Source: Phoronis australis (taxonomy: Eukaryota; Animalia; Phoronida). From it: a stretch of 64,000 nucleotides of DNA. The stretch's first letter is position 1; each line of letters opens with the position of its first letter. The position numbers and the translations under genes are program-made. Positions 1 through 12,608 of the stretch are shown piece by piece. The notes under the pieces were generated by a model, which saw only the letters and a program-made list of their open reading frames with translations, was not told the DNA's origin and did not search any database. Where the stretch lies: NCBI GenBank assembly GCA_002633005.1, contig NMRA01000396.1:330749-394748 (forward strand), given 5' to 3'.

Positions 1-715
1 GACGAGTAAGTTGATTTGCAGTTTCGTGGCTAATTCACCCACATAATCACGTGCACATTACTTTGGCTCACTAGTATAGTATTTTCTTGACTGGAAGTTT
101 AGATTCCACTGAACTTTGGCTGGTTTATGTTCGTGATGTCTGATCAGTTTCCGAGCCACTGACCGGGACAATGACTCAATCCCGGCCGCCCGCGACGGGC
201 CTGATCGGGCTCCGAGCCACTGGCCAGGTTAACAAACGTTTTGTGTTTAGAACTCAAAAACTCACAAGTCTAAACAACACAGATATAGGTTCTCCTGTCT
301 GTATCTCACGGAAAATACTTCGAAATTATCTCCGAACACACCCCAAACTCCTGCTACGGACCTTATTGGCCTGCTGAACTTTGTAGGCTACGGTGTGTCC
401 AAATACCAATAAATCCGCAAGAGCGAAATAAAACAACACGTTTTTATAAGAACACGGTGTATTTTTAAGGGTTTTATATCGAAGTTTGATGATTTATTGG
501 TGTTAAACGATGACTTCAAGCGATAAGCTGACACCAGTAACCCGTGTTGTGAACTGCTGAACAGACTGCGTGTGAAACCGATGACGTCATTGGATAATTT
601 CAACATCTCTGTCTGCCGTCAGGTGTTAGGTAACGCAACCGTACGTGTCGTTATGGAGTAGATCTACTCGATCTAAATTGATTCAAATTAGGTTGTTTTT
701 GGGTGGCATGCTCCT
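1..715 (+). mobile_element. Kolobok-like element, 3' part (runs off the window start)
   Basis: Near-identical to 57150-57835; ends gtggcatgctcct + ttaa. Confidence 0.8.
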
Positions 716-2189
716 TTAAGACCAGAATGTCTTAGCCTCGTTTCATGGAATTCCTTAAATTTTTCTCACCATGGTCATCAATGCTTGAATTCGATTACCA
801 ACAATATTGTTACGATATTTCTTCTTTAATGTGTGAATTTGGAATCAACAACTCAATGGAAAAAATTTAGAACGTTTGACGTCATCGGTGGAACTCCGCC
901 ATTGTGTTGTTCTACATCATTCTGCCTTGAGCTGGGATGGTCTCAAAAACAGTATGTTGAATATTGCCGTGGACGAGTAATGTGAAATGGTGCGTGTGCG
1001 GAGGAAGCGGTAACAGCAATCCGATAGCCAATATTTCATTTTTGTGTTCCTATAAGACCCCAAGATAGCCCAGTGGGCACAGGTTCGTGCGCCGGACAAG
1101 AGCATGGGGGTACACTGTGGAGCACGCGATCAGCTCAGGGGCCACGCTGAGCTCAGCCTATTTTGAAAAATCGAACTTCGACCGTTACAGATATTTGATA
1201 AACGTGTAAGTGGACCAAAATAATTGACAAACGGTACAAGTCTTCCATGATTTTGTAACGGACAGAAACGAGTGTTTTACCGGAAATAAAACCTAGTTAG
1301 CATCACATTAAATAGATGTGATCGTTCCTGTCAAATGCACCCAGAAATAAAGTGAATGTGACCCCTATTCGCGGTTGAGCTTTGACAGTCAAGGTAGTAA
1401 AAAGTTCTGTTATGGATTTTCAGTACCTATGGCCAGAGTGTCATCACCCCCATCTCCATGCCTGTTTTCATAATACTTGCCAAGCTCATTCACTAAGTTT
1501 TCGTAACTGTCAAAATATATATGTACATATGCTTTAAATTGATTAACGTCTTCCACTGTTGACATCACGTGGCGGGAAACCAAAATTAAGTGTTTTTCTT
1601 TCATATTCCAAATTCTTTAATGATTTCCCAAAATAAGTGTTTAATATTTTATGTTGTAGAATTATTATAGATGGTCTAAAAACAAAAAGTGCAAAGACCC
1701 ATTGTTTGCAAAAAGGACTACTTACTTTAAAGGTATGGGTTAATGTACTTTTTCCTTAGGTAATTACTTTGGGAAAATACAAGAAATTGTTGATTAGCCA
1801 CTTTACCCGCTTTGGTCATATATTCCTAGTGTAGCAAATGTGACAGCGCAAATGGCGCGTTTGTGTCGTTAGCGCAATTACAACGTATACGCTGGACGCG
1901 CGTCCCGTAAAAGCAGCAAACAATTTTGAACTTTGGCAAATGTTCACCTGTTGAAAACTGGAAAACTAATTTTTACTACCTGGTTAACACGTTTGGATAG
2001 ATACAATATGCATAGTTACTCGAAGACTCCATTATTTTAACCGCTGAAACTTTAGGTTACACACCTATTTGGACAGTCGGCATAATAAAATCCCAGCCTT
2101 TTTAAAGAGATAGAGCGACTGTAAGGTACATGTACATGTATGATGTAGCATGGGTCGTGAGAAGAGTGAAAAAGACGTTTTAATTATGA

Positions 2190-3100
2190 CACTACTTTAT
2201 TGGCAATTGACTTACTCCAGTCAACTAACAATATGTACCAATGCCAATACATCGGATAACGTGCACATGAGTCACATTTCACAAAGTTTAACCTGTTTTT
2301 CACAACTTATGCGCTAATCAATTCTAGCAAATTCGGTCATATAAGGTAAATGCAGCTGCAGAGAGCACCAGAAATGTTGAACAAACTGATATGTTACATC
2401 TCCTTTTTAAAAAATATGAAAAAACACTAAACATAAATTGACAATTACTAAACACGTTAAGCAAACCCTCAAGCAAATTTCACTCAACAGACAACAATTT
2501 CACCTTTAGAAACTAATCGAATTATAGTACTTGAGTAGACCGATCCCCATCCAATACATTCGTGCTGTTTAAAGCACTTACAGGTAGTTTTGATTTAAGC
2601 TTTGTGTTCTGTTTGATGAAAAGTGACTTAAGACAGAAACAGTCTACCTCTCCAAATAACTAATTCTGGAAAAGAATTAAAAGTAGCTTTAGCGAACGAT
2701 TAAAGTATTTGCCCATAACTATTACTTACTGGAAAATGCACACATTATTCCGGGACAGTTTTGGGCTAAGGCTAATAGTTACATGATTATAAACTTTGCA
2801 CTTTTGATCTAGGAGCTTAAGAACAAGTATCTGTCTAAATGTCGTAAGCGACTGTTCATGAGACAGAACTGTTGTGAATAGCCGTTTATGTAAATCGATG
2901 GTTGATTGGAATTGGTGTCAATTGGTTTGATTTTATGTTGAAAAGAACTAGAAAAATGAGGTTCTTTTGAACGAGGAGATACTGTAGCCATTAAGATTTG
3001 ACGGTCAGCTTGCTCGGTTTGTAATTACTTAAAGATACAGGGACTAAACTAATATTTTCATTTTGGGCTGTCAAACTTAACGTGCCCAACGTTATGTTAT
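2190..3100 (-). mobile_element. Heavily decayed LINE remnant
   Basis: Weak APE/ORF2-like fragments (ILMATV, IYINGYSQQFC) and a LINE-like 3' end near 2195-2250. Low confidence. Confidence 0.3.
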
Positions 3101-3529
3101 GGCTGTCAAACAGCCGTTCGAAAGCCAAGACAAAGGAGTGCAATCATACGAGTTATATTTTAAAGACAAATCGGCTAGTAATCCTATCCCATAATACAAG
3201 TGGAAGTTTACAACGGCAGTTGGATAACCCAATTTATTGAATTCCTCAAAAGCACTTCCAGTTTCAAAGCATACAACATAATTTATAGGCACCTCAATCA
3301 AAATTTTGAAAGAACACTTTCATTTCAACTACGCAACGATAACTGACTTTCACGTTGCGTCTTACATGTAACTTTACTCAAGACTCGGTACCTAAACTTT
3401 CTACTCGATCTTTAAGTTATTTTTGACATTTTCAAGACTTTTCCAAACTCAAGATGATTATATTATTCTGTGCTCGCGCCAGTACATCATGATTCACGCA
3501 ATGATAACACAATAAAAACTGTGAATCCC

Positions 3530-4075
3530 AGTATGGTGGGCACGAGTGATAGACTAGTACAAAGTGCAAACAAGAAACTGGTGGGCACGAGTGATAGACC
3601 AGTACAAAGTGCAAACAAGAAACTGGTGGGCACGAGTGATAGACCAGTACAAAGTGCAAACGAGAAACTGGTGGGCACGAGTGATAGACTAGTACAAATT
3701 GCAAACGAGTAAGTGGTTTGCACGAGTGATAGACCAGTAAAAAATTCAAACAAGAAACTGGTGGGCACGAGTGATAGACCAGTACAAAGTGAAAACGAGA
3801 AACTGGTGGGCACGAGTGATAGACCTGGAGAAATTGCAATAGCGACTGGTGGAGCCAGTAAAAGTAAAAAATGAGAAACGGTTGGGCACGAGTTTTGCGT
3901 CAGCAGATGTTGGAAGAGGGGAAAACTGGTGGGCATGTGCGATAGACCAGCAGAAGCTACAAACTAGAAAATGGTGAGAAAAAGCGATACACCATTATAA
4001 AGTATAAGCGAGAAACTTGTGGGTACTAGCGATAGACAATCAGTAATTTTAAAAGAGAAACTTGTGGGCATGAGC
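3530..4075. repeat. 45-bp minisatellite
   Basis: Unit AAACTGGTGGGCACGAGTGATAGACCAGTACAAAGTGCAAACAAG; about 7 good copies to ~3830, then degenerate copies. Confidence 0.9.
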
Positions 4076-6997
4076 TACGGATTTATTATTGCTCATTTTG
4101 ATACAGGTTTTTGTTTTTTCTCGTTATTTTATCAAAAATAACAGCCAAGGATTTCCACTAACTTTCTATTTGATATGGTTTTTGATAGTTTTCAATAAAT
4201 ACCTCGGTGGATAAATGTGTTAGTTGTTTCTTCACTGCCACCCGTTTTACTTGGAAAAGCAATCTTTTTATGTTATATTCAGTGCACCGCAAAGTGTTGA
4301 AATGCGTCCATGCTTGCACCGCCAAGAATATTCATGCTTCTGGGGATGTGTATTAGTATCATATAAATGTTCACAAGATGGCATAGAATATTTTGTCGAA
4401 CTGGTCAGAAAAGTCTATTTGCGAAATTTCAGAGAAATCCGTCAAGGAACTCCAAATATACAGAAGCAGACGTAAACAAATCAAACGGCCACCTCAGGGC
4501 ATTGCGATACTCGCAATCATCCGTAACATATCGTAGTTTATCGCGGAACTCACAGTAATACATTTGCCAAGCTCTACAAAGATTCTGCAAGGCGTTTAGA
4601 AAACAAAGTCGCAGACGCAAACAAAAATGACACTAAAGGGTGCCATAGTAGTCGTACCGTCGTAAGATCGACTTCAGTCGTGGCCTGTCTGTAGAAACAC
4701 ATCAGTCAATTTCTGTCATAATCGTCTGAGTGGTTTGAAGGGTGCAGAGGCGGACGAAAACGACTTCAAAAATACTAAAATGTGGCCACAAAGTATTGCA
4801 GATTCCGTCAAATCTGTCCGAAACTATGTAAGTATTGACTGCTGTAGTTGGGTGATGTCTGAAACAGGTGTCAATTTGGCTATAAGCTACAAAACTTTGA
4901 TTTTTGTTTCACCAATCAAAAGGTTTAAATCAAGTGCTGTTACAATTAAAATGTTTCATGAGTAAATATGCAATGAGAAATTTTAGATATTAGATATTAG
5001 AGAAAAACACTCATGAGCATTCTGTCATGTGTACTTGAATTGAAGTATTATAATGAATTTGCAATAGTTATGGACCCTGTTACGCTGGTACTTTACTAAT
5101 TTGTACAGTGTACCTGAATGCAAATTTGAAAAAGTAGCCACTGTGTGTAATTGAGATGTTAATGAAACTGTACTCTAACACACCTCGAATAAACTTATCC
5201 TAAATACGATCTTTGACGGATATGTCTCTATAAATTTGATATCAGCGGATCTGACTGATGGTAACTATTGTTTTTTTATAACCACTGTATTTTATCTGCC
5301 AATAATTTTGAAGATTGAATACCCTTAAAATAACGCATGCAAGCCCATAGATGTTTAAGCAGAAAACGCGTTTCTTGGGAACATAAAAATGCAGCGTTCC
5401 CAAATGTAAGACCACGGGCTTTCTTCAGTCGATGTAAGACCATACGAGGCCAGTCCTTGTTTTTCGTCGTGTCGTCTGCAAATCACCTGTCTGACAAAAC
5501 AATAACGTATTAAACATTAAAAAGTTGATAAAGCATTGGGTAGTTAAAACTATTCCACGACAATAATGACAAACAACTTGATAAAATTGAAACTGGAAAT
5601 GAAAGTGCTTCATGGGAACACTAAAAATGCAAAATCTCCGAGGTTTGCTCATTTCTAGTTCCGGGTGAAACTGGCAGTTTTTTCAGTGGTTTCTAGTGAC
5701 AATGTTTTTTTTCTTATTTCTGCAAAATCTTGTCATTAAGGTAAAAACAGCATATCCCGAATAGTTTTCATTTTGTGGTGGCCCGGGGTTTTACGTTGCT
5801 TTTGTTCTTAATTTCATTGTCCGTTATCATCATTATCATCGTCAACAACATTTTTGTTATTATAATTATTAATACCGGCTACAAACTCCAAAGATTGCAC
5901 AGAGATGGTTTTTAATCACTTGGTACTACGGACAGCATCGCCTCATTAACGGTGCTCCTTGCACCGTCCACGTGCTCCTTGCACCGTCCACGTGAACGTT
6001 CTAGAACCGAGAAGGTCATTCCATTTCAGCTGATTTGTATTCTTACCAAAAAAGTCATGTGCACATCTTAGTAATGTATAGGTTTTCGATCGGAGGAATT
6101 CCTGTTTTAGCATCAATGCCATATAAATTACTGAACTGATTATATTTTTTAAAAAGAGACACTACATGCAAACACAAACAGTTAAACAATTATGACTGAG
6201 ACAGCTGTTTACCTGAAAGGTGAGCTAGTTTCATTAGACCAGCACGTCAAACAAAGTTTCCTTTGGATGCTTTGGAGTTATCCTGTGACTATCCTCTTTC
6301 CTAGAGAAACAATTCATGTAGAAACTGAGAGCTAAATTGGTGTATAACTAGAGTTGGTTGCCTGAAACTGAAAGCTATGATGACGAAACATGCTCACCAG
6401 TTTGTTAGTCATAATGCTTTTTGTAACAAAGTCTGGGATTGACGTAATCAGTTGTCTGGTATGACGTCACGGTATTGTCCGGAATATGTGCTTACTTGAG
6501 TTGTGCTAGTTTGGCTATAGTGGTGTTATTATCGTTCTGGCTAATAGGTAGCGGTTTAACCAGACGACGCTGCATACTCGCTGGTTCCCGGACGTGTCAA
6601 AACAGTCAGGTATCATTCAGTAACACGCAATTTATCACTGGTTGATGTAACCTCGGTATTCATTGGTTGGCTTTACAACAAAGAAAGAAAACGGCAGACT
6701 ATGAATACAAAAATTTTACTCTTGTCAGTGGTGCGTCACCATTTTTTTCATTTCTACAATAATGCAGTTTAATAGCCGCGAGCTTCAGATGCACACTCAC
6801 ACATCCGTGGCCGATTTAACCGTGTGTTATTCTTATTGTGTGAATACAGGACAGCAACGTAAACAAAAGTCAGCGACAGTCGAAAATGCACTCCGGAAAG
6901 GCGCAACCGCAATTTTCTGGTTCACATTTGTCTATATAACAGATCACAGATAGAAAAATTCCCGAGGAAAATTACATGATACACGTTCACTACCACC

Positions 6998-7606
6998 TGA
7001 TGGGCCATTGGGAGGAAAGTGTCGCCGGAAAAAGACGAGCGTAATTGTGTACATTACGCCGTTATTTACGCCGTTAACTACGCTGTAAAATTTACGAGCG
7101 TAATTTAATTCTTTACGGCGTAAAATTACGCTCGTTATTTTATTTAAACTCTTAGCCAATGACGTTGGGTTTAACCATCCAAGATCGCGCGCGCTCATGG
7201 AAATACTTATTTACTGGCGGATTTCATGTCTACGATACGAGCGCTGAATCATGGCGGATCAAATCGCTGCTGCCATGTCAGCAATTGTGCAAGAACGAGC
7301 TCAGTGCCCAGCAGCAGTGGTGAATGTTAGGTCATCACTGATTGGTTTAAATTTGGAACGTTCTTAAGGTATTTTACGAGCGTAATTTACGGTGACATTT
7401 ACCCCATTTAATTTACGGGCGTAATTTTACCGTGACCCTTTTGCAATTTTACTAACGCTCGTAGTTACGAGCGTAATTTTACGTCGAAACTTTTCCCCAT
7501 TTAATTTACGAGCGTAATTGTACGGCGACACTCATGCAATTTAATTTACTCTCGTAATTACGAGCGTAATTTTACGGCGACACTTTCCCCTCAACGGCCC
7601 ACCGTA
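6998..7606. mobile_element. MITE with reiterated TTACGAGCGTAA palindromic units
   Basis: Left end gatgggccattgggaggaaagtgtcgccg is inverted relative to the right end cggcgacactttcccctcaacggcccacc; many internal ttacgagcgtaatt copies. Confidence 0.6.
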
Positions 7607-7649
7607 CCTATCGGACTCGCAGGGAACCAGCGAGCGCGGGATCGAGGCA

Positions 7650-8135
7650 GGAGGCACAGAACAGTTCTGGCCAGGGTTTGAGTATCAAAACACACGTCAA
7701 TAGACACGTCACTTTTTCTGTCAAAAACTGTATGCAAAGAATGAAAAATTTTTTAGTAATTTCACACCACAAGCAAAAACCGGAAACTTCTCTTCTCTTG
7801 TGTATTTTTGACCCTTTCACTCCTACTAAAAAGCATGGCAGACTAGTAAGAAAAAAGGGGCAAAAACACAAAATCGACACGTTTAATTCACCCCTAAACC
7901 ATCACTTTCCTGCCGATGCACATCTGAAGCCAATATTAGATTTTGAAACCAAATTCCCTACCCATTCCAAAAATGTGGTCCAAAAGTAATGTCAACCTAC
8001 CGTTTTTTGCAAATCAGGCTTGTCTGAGGGCTACCTGAAATCGCAGCCAATTTCTCAGTTGCTATCCGGGAATTCACAATTGCAACAGTGGGCCATCTTG
8101 AAGAGTGCAGCTACAGCAGAGCAAGTGGTCCTTTC
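7650..8135 (+). repeat. Dispersed repeat, inverted relative to 53718-54220
   Basis: Shared blocks gaggcac..., tttttgaccctttcactcc, tttgcaaatc.ggcttg..tgagggctacctgaaatc and aagagtgcagctacagc. Confidence 0.7.
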
Positions 8136-8159
8136 TCATTCCCAACATATTCAACGTAG

Positions 8160-8860
8160 AAAGTAAATCAGAAATTAAGAGGAGATCCAGAGCCTCTAAA
8201 GGATACACTTGCTTGTCGAAAAGTAGAATAAATATCAGTAAATAAAACAACAAATTTAAAATGGATCACTAATTTTTGGATATAATATCATCCTTCGTCA
8301 ACAGAAACAGAAATAAAGTAAAATCAAACACTATATGATAATTGACATATGATATATGGCGTAATGAGCACGATACATTGTTGAGAAAAAAAGTAAATGA
8401 TGTAATTTAAGAAGTCTTTATGTTCAATCCATTAGGTTCAAGTGTGTTGCGCTTATTTATTCAAAATTGTTCTCTTTAAGTCTGAGAGGGGTACTGAGGT
8501 ATTGGAGTTTCTCTATTATTTCTACAGAAAGATCTTGTAGATTATGTTTTTTGGAATTGAAGTGATTACCTATAATATCAGAAATGTCTTTATGTTTTAT
8601 GTTAAATCTGTGATTGCGAGACCGGTGATTTTAATATTTTGGCACTGAAAATGCCCGCGGCCTCAACCTAACTGTTCAGTGCCACATATCCCATAAGTGT
8701 GACTGTTGAAACCTTGGTCCACCTTGTTTACTTAGAGAAGGGCGTTCGATGCGTTTGCAAAGAGCTTTTTGACACCCTTTCCGAACCAGTCTTCCTCACA
8801 GTCTAGGATAGTGATATCATCTGTGTTAAAATCATGTCCAGTGCCAATGGCGTGTCCGCC
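8160..8860 (-). mobile_element. Penelope-like retroelement remnants (two GIY-YIG C-terminal fragments plus pLTR-like tail)
   Basis: Minus strand 8630-8410: NHRFNIK...IGNHFNSKKHNLQDLSVEIIEK...REQF*INKRNTLEPNGLN. Minus strand 8860-8690: HAIGTGHDFNTDDITILDCEEDWFGKGVK...ERPSLSKQGG...HLWD. Confidence 0.75.
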
Positions 8861-11800
8861 ACGCAACGTCGCTCACTCACCAACTACAAACGTGCAATTT
8901 GCAGTTTACAACAATATACGTAACTAAATTCCCACTGACGGGAAGAGATAATCAGGGCGGTTATATTCCTGCTACTACTATATGTCATGTCATTATGTGC
9001 TTATACAAGTTGGAATATAAGATTAAGCAATCTTGAATTATCCCAGGAAAATCGGTTTAACAAAAAAACGCTTATCGAAAGTTCGACAGGCTGTTTTCTT
9101 TTAAATTTGAGTCGTGAAGGAAAATAGCTTAAACTCGATAGAGAATTTTAGTTTATACGGGAATCAAATCAAAACAGATGCCATAGAAACTATTTTTAAC
9201 AGGGCCTTCAGCATAAAGGTGCTTTTGTTATTCTGGATAGTCTTACCGACAATTTAACAACACAAGATGTTGAAAAACACTTGAACGCGGGCACGCAAAA
9301 TGAACATGCAACGTAGCATTTACGTACCGTTGCGCCACCGCCAGAAAAAAGCAAACAAGCACTTACCTATACCCAATTTTGCTTATTTGGGCAACTAGAA
9401 AATGCACGTTCCGCCGAAGAGGAGCTAGCCTTTGATTTGGAGCACGATTTTTTTTCCTAATTCAGTTGAGAAGCGATTTTTGATATCGCTACGAAATGTT
9501 CCGAGACCAGGCTCGGGAAATTAATTGGCACACTGTGATTGTAGAGCTTGGTCTCAAGCAAAAACGAACTAACAGATATTGACAACCTCAGAAATCATAT
9601 TTCATTTTACCTACGGATTTTTTAACCAATTTCGAAACAATTACGGGTCTAAATCACATTTTGACGCAACCACTTTAAACATAGGTTCTATAGGAAATCA
9701 CTATCAACCTTGCAGGCAGGTATCACGATCCTTTAGATCCACCAGGGATCTTTAAAAATCATCTGCCAAATTACAAAATCCATTACAGTTTTGTTACCTG
9801 TTCAAAATATGTTTAAGTGACAAGTTTTTCTACAATCATATTCGCGGTAGGCAAGCAGTTGTCGAGCACAACATTCGACTTGGCGTTTGTTGGTAATATT
9901 TGATGTGATTTCTGTCTTCAAATCTCCAATGCAGTTACGATTATTTTGACAGACATGGTATTTCAAACAATTCGATAAATAACAAGAGCACCGCGGAGCA
10001 CTGATATGCACCAAACGTGTTCATCCAACACGTTGCAGAGATGAAATTCTGAACGGCACTAAACGGAGCAATGCTACTAAAATCACTTATTGCTCATTAA
10101 AACGCCAAGAAACAACCCCAGTTGGCAAAATAGAACACCCGCATCTGACGATGTGTTAATTAGCTGATGTCTAGTAACGAGGACCTTTTGGTCGATACAT
10201 ACTACATAGAATCGGGACAACCAATCAGCATTAGTAATCCTCTTCCTTGTCAGTGGGAAGTCGTCAGATATCTCGGTGCTAGTTTTCTCGTGATTTATGA
10301 TTTTTAAAATAAGTATTGGCGAAGCACTGTGTTTGTGGTGGTTGTGACAACTCAGTATTTTCCGCGTGCTGCGGCACTTTTCACTTTCCCGTGGGGCATC
10401 AGAGAAGCGTAGATATGACACAAGTTTGTACAAGAAACTGACACACTGGCGTTGGGTAATTCGTTCATGCGTCACACGTCCGCTTAACTAAAAAATACGT
10501 TTTTCTTCTATTTTCTCGCTTTTGGGTTACTGAATTCACGATTGTATTGTATGCAGTGCTTTGTTTGGATACTAAACCCCGTTTTGATGATTTCAACGAA
10601 ACCTCGCTGTGTCACCTGCTAATGCATCATTGGCGTATACATTGAAAGATAAAAGCAGCAATCAAATAAAAAGTTCATATTCCGTCTCACAGACTGGACA
10701 TTATAGTTCTTGCTGGTGGTGTTTCTCCTTAGTTTTTAGAATTGTCGAGGGTTGCAGAGCATAGTTTTTGTTTCAGAGAATTGGATGGGAAAGTCGTTTT
10801 AAATATGTGTTGACAGGTCAACACCGAGATTGGTGTCCTTTTAACACAGACACAGCATTCAATCATCGAAACAAGGTACATGTACATGGTGCCAGTGTAC
10901 ATCAGTAGCTGTAGAATTTAACTCCGCAAAAGTATTTATTCTTTGAAAGTATGAAGTCTGAAGAATTTTGTTTTTGACTTTGAAGCATTCTGGTAAAATT
11001 ATGTCACGTGATTTTGTCTTGACAAGAAAATTTATCAAAAAGAAAGGAACATGGACATTTATAGCAGAACAACATGACATCATTTCGTATGGAACAACTG
11101 TTCAATAAACATCCTAGTTTTTGATTGCGGCCTCGAACAAAGTGGGAAATTTTAAAAAGAATGTATAACACCGCTTTACCAGGAGATCAGTGAATACAGT
11201 ATAGTTTCTGAACGTTTCATGTGAATTCGGTCAGCCATTTCTGAGAAACGATGCCCTTTCGAAGTTGCCCAAAACTGATTTTTTCTAGTACTAAATAACA
11301 GCCTCCGGGGTTGCCAAGTACGTCAAAATGCGCACATCAACAAGAACACGCCCACCACTTTTCATTACAATTCCTCATGCGAAGTTTGGAGGATAGAGAC
11401 GACAAAGGATACAAAAACAATAGAAAGGTCACTAAGGTGCGAACAGTGGGTCAAATCCATCTAGAACGGAACAACTGCTGTTATCTACCTGAGAGTAACT
11501 TACTTGCCAAGTGTCATGAATACCCATCAAGAAACTTGATAACAATGCTACGAGCGTACTACAACAATTAGAGCAGTTCGAAAACCATTGCCAGTCATAC
11601 ATTTTCCAGAAGAAACAGACATGCCAATTTTCATAATGAGGAGAGTTTAAACGATACGTCTGACGGCTTGTGCAGATCCTCTGAAAATGACATCATTTAT
11701 GCCACAGCGCATATCAAGAAATTCCCGAGTGCGATGTACATATAAATATTACGTTAATTTACTCGATTTCGTAAAAGATGTAGCCTAAAACGGAAGGTCT

Positions 11801-12608
11801 GTTTACTTTTCGGTAAGACAAGTTAATTTTTTTCTCTCAAATTTGTAACCCCGACTGCTTTCAGATGGGTTGGTTAATCGGGAAAACACGTTATTTTTCC
11901 AGTATTCATAGTCGTGCGTGCACATTTTTGTTACAGAATTATTTCCTTCACATCATTAATAACAGATTACAAATGAAACATTTCAAGTTACGGACCTAAA
12001 AAGTTAGTGAAGGTGACGCAAAGGGAAAAAAGCTTGACTTAATGTATACATCATTTCCATTGGAGTACAAGTTCAAAAATGCACAGGAGAAAAAAAAGTT
12101 CGGGTCCATTAAGTAAAAGTAACCAGTAGCTTTAAATCTAGTTTTTGTATCGTGATAAAAGTTCAAATACCATTTCAGGATGGACAAACGCACAACGCGC
12201 AAACTAATTCAATATTTTCCGACAGTTTTTCTTCAAACAGTAATTATGTCACAATACTGGCAAATGGAAGAGATCACAATTAGCTCAAGCGTGAGCCTAT
12301 AAGAAAATGCTATGGAGAAATCACACAGAAATAGGTTCACAATAATAATTCACTTTAATTACATTGAGATGTAAAATTAGCTTCCATGTGTACATGTAGC
12401 ACATACGGTTGGAGCAGATAAGGCACTGAGGTCAGACAGTGACTTTCGAGAGGAAAGTGATTTACCCAACTGATTACACGAGACTAAGACGTACATACGT
12501 GTTAGTTGTGGCTGGAAATATAGCACAGGTCTAGAAGATTAGAAACTTCTATGCCATGACATTGTCTTAAATGCTAATAACTATCACAACTCAAAAATAC
12601 ATTGTGAT

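Noticed and set aside
3530-3830. CRISPR-like periodic repeat
   Set aside because: Head-to-tail units with no unique spacers, eukaryotic context, no cas genes.
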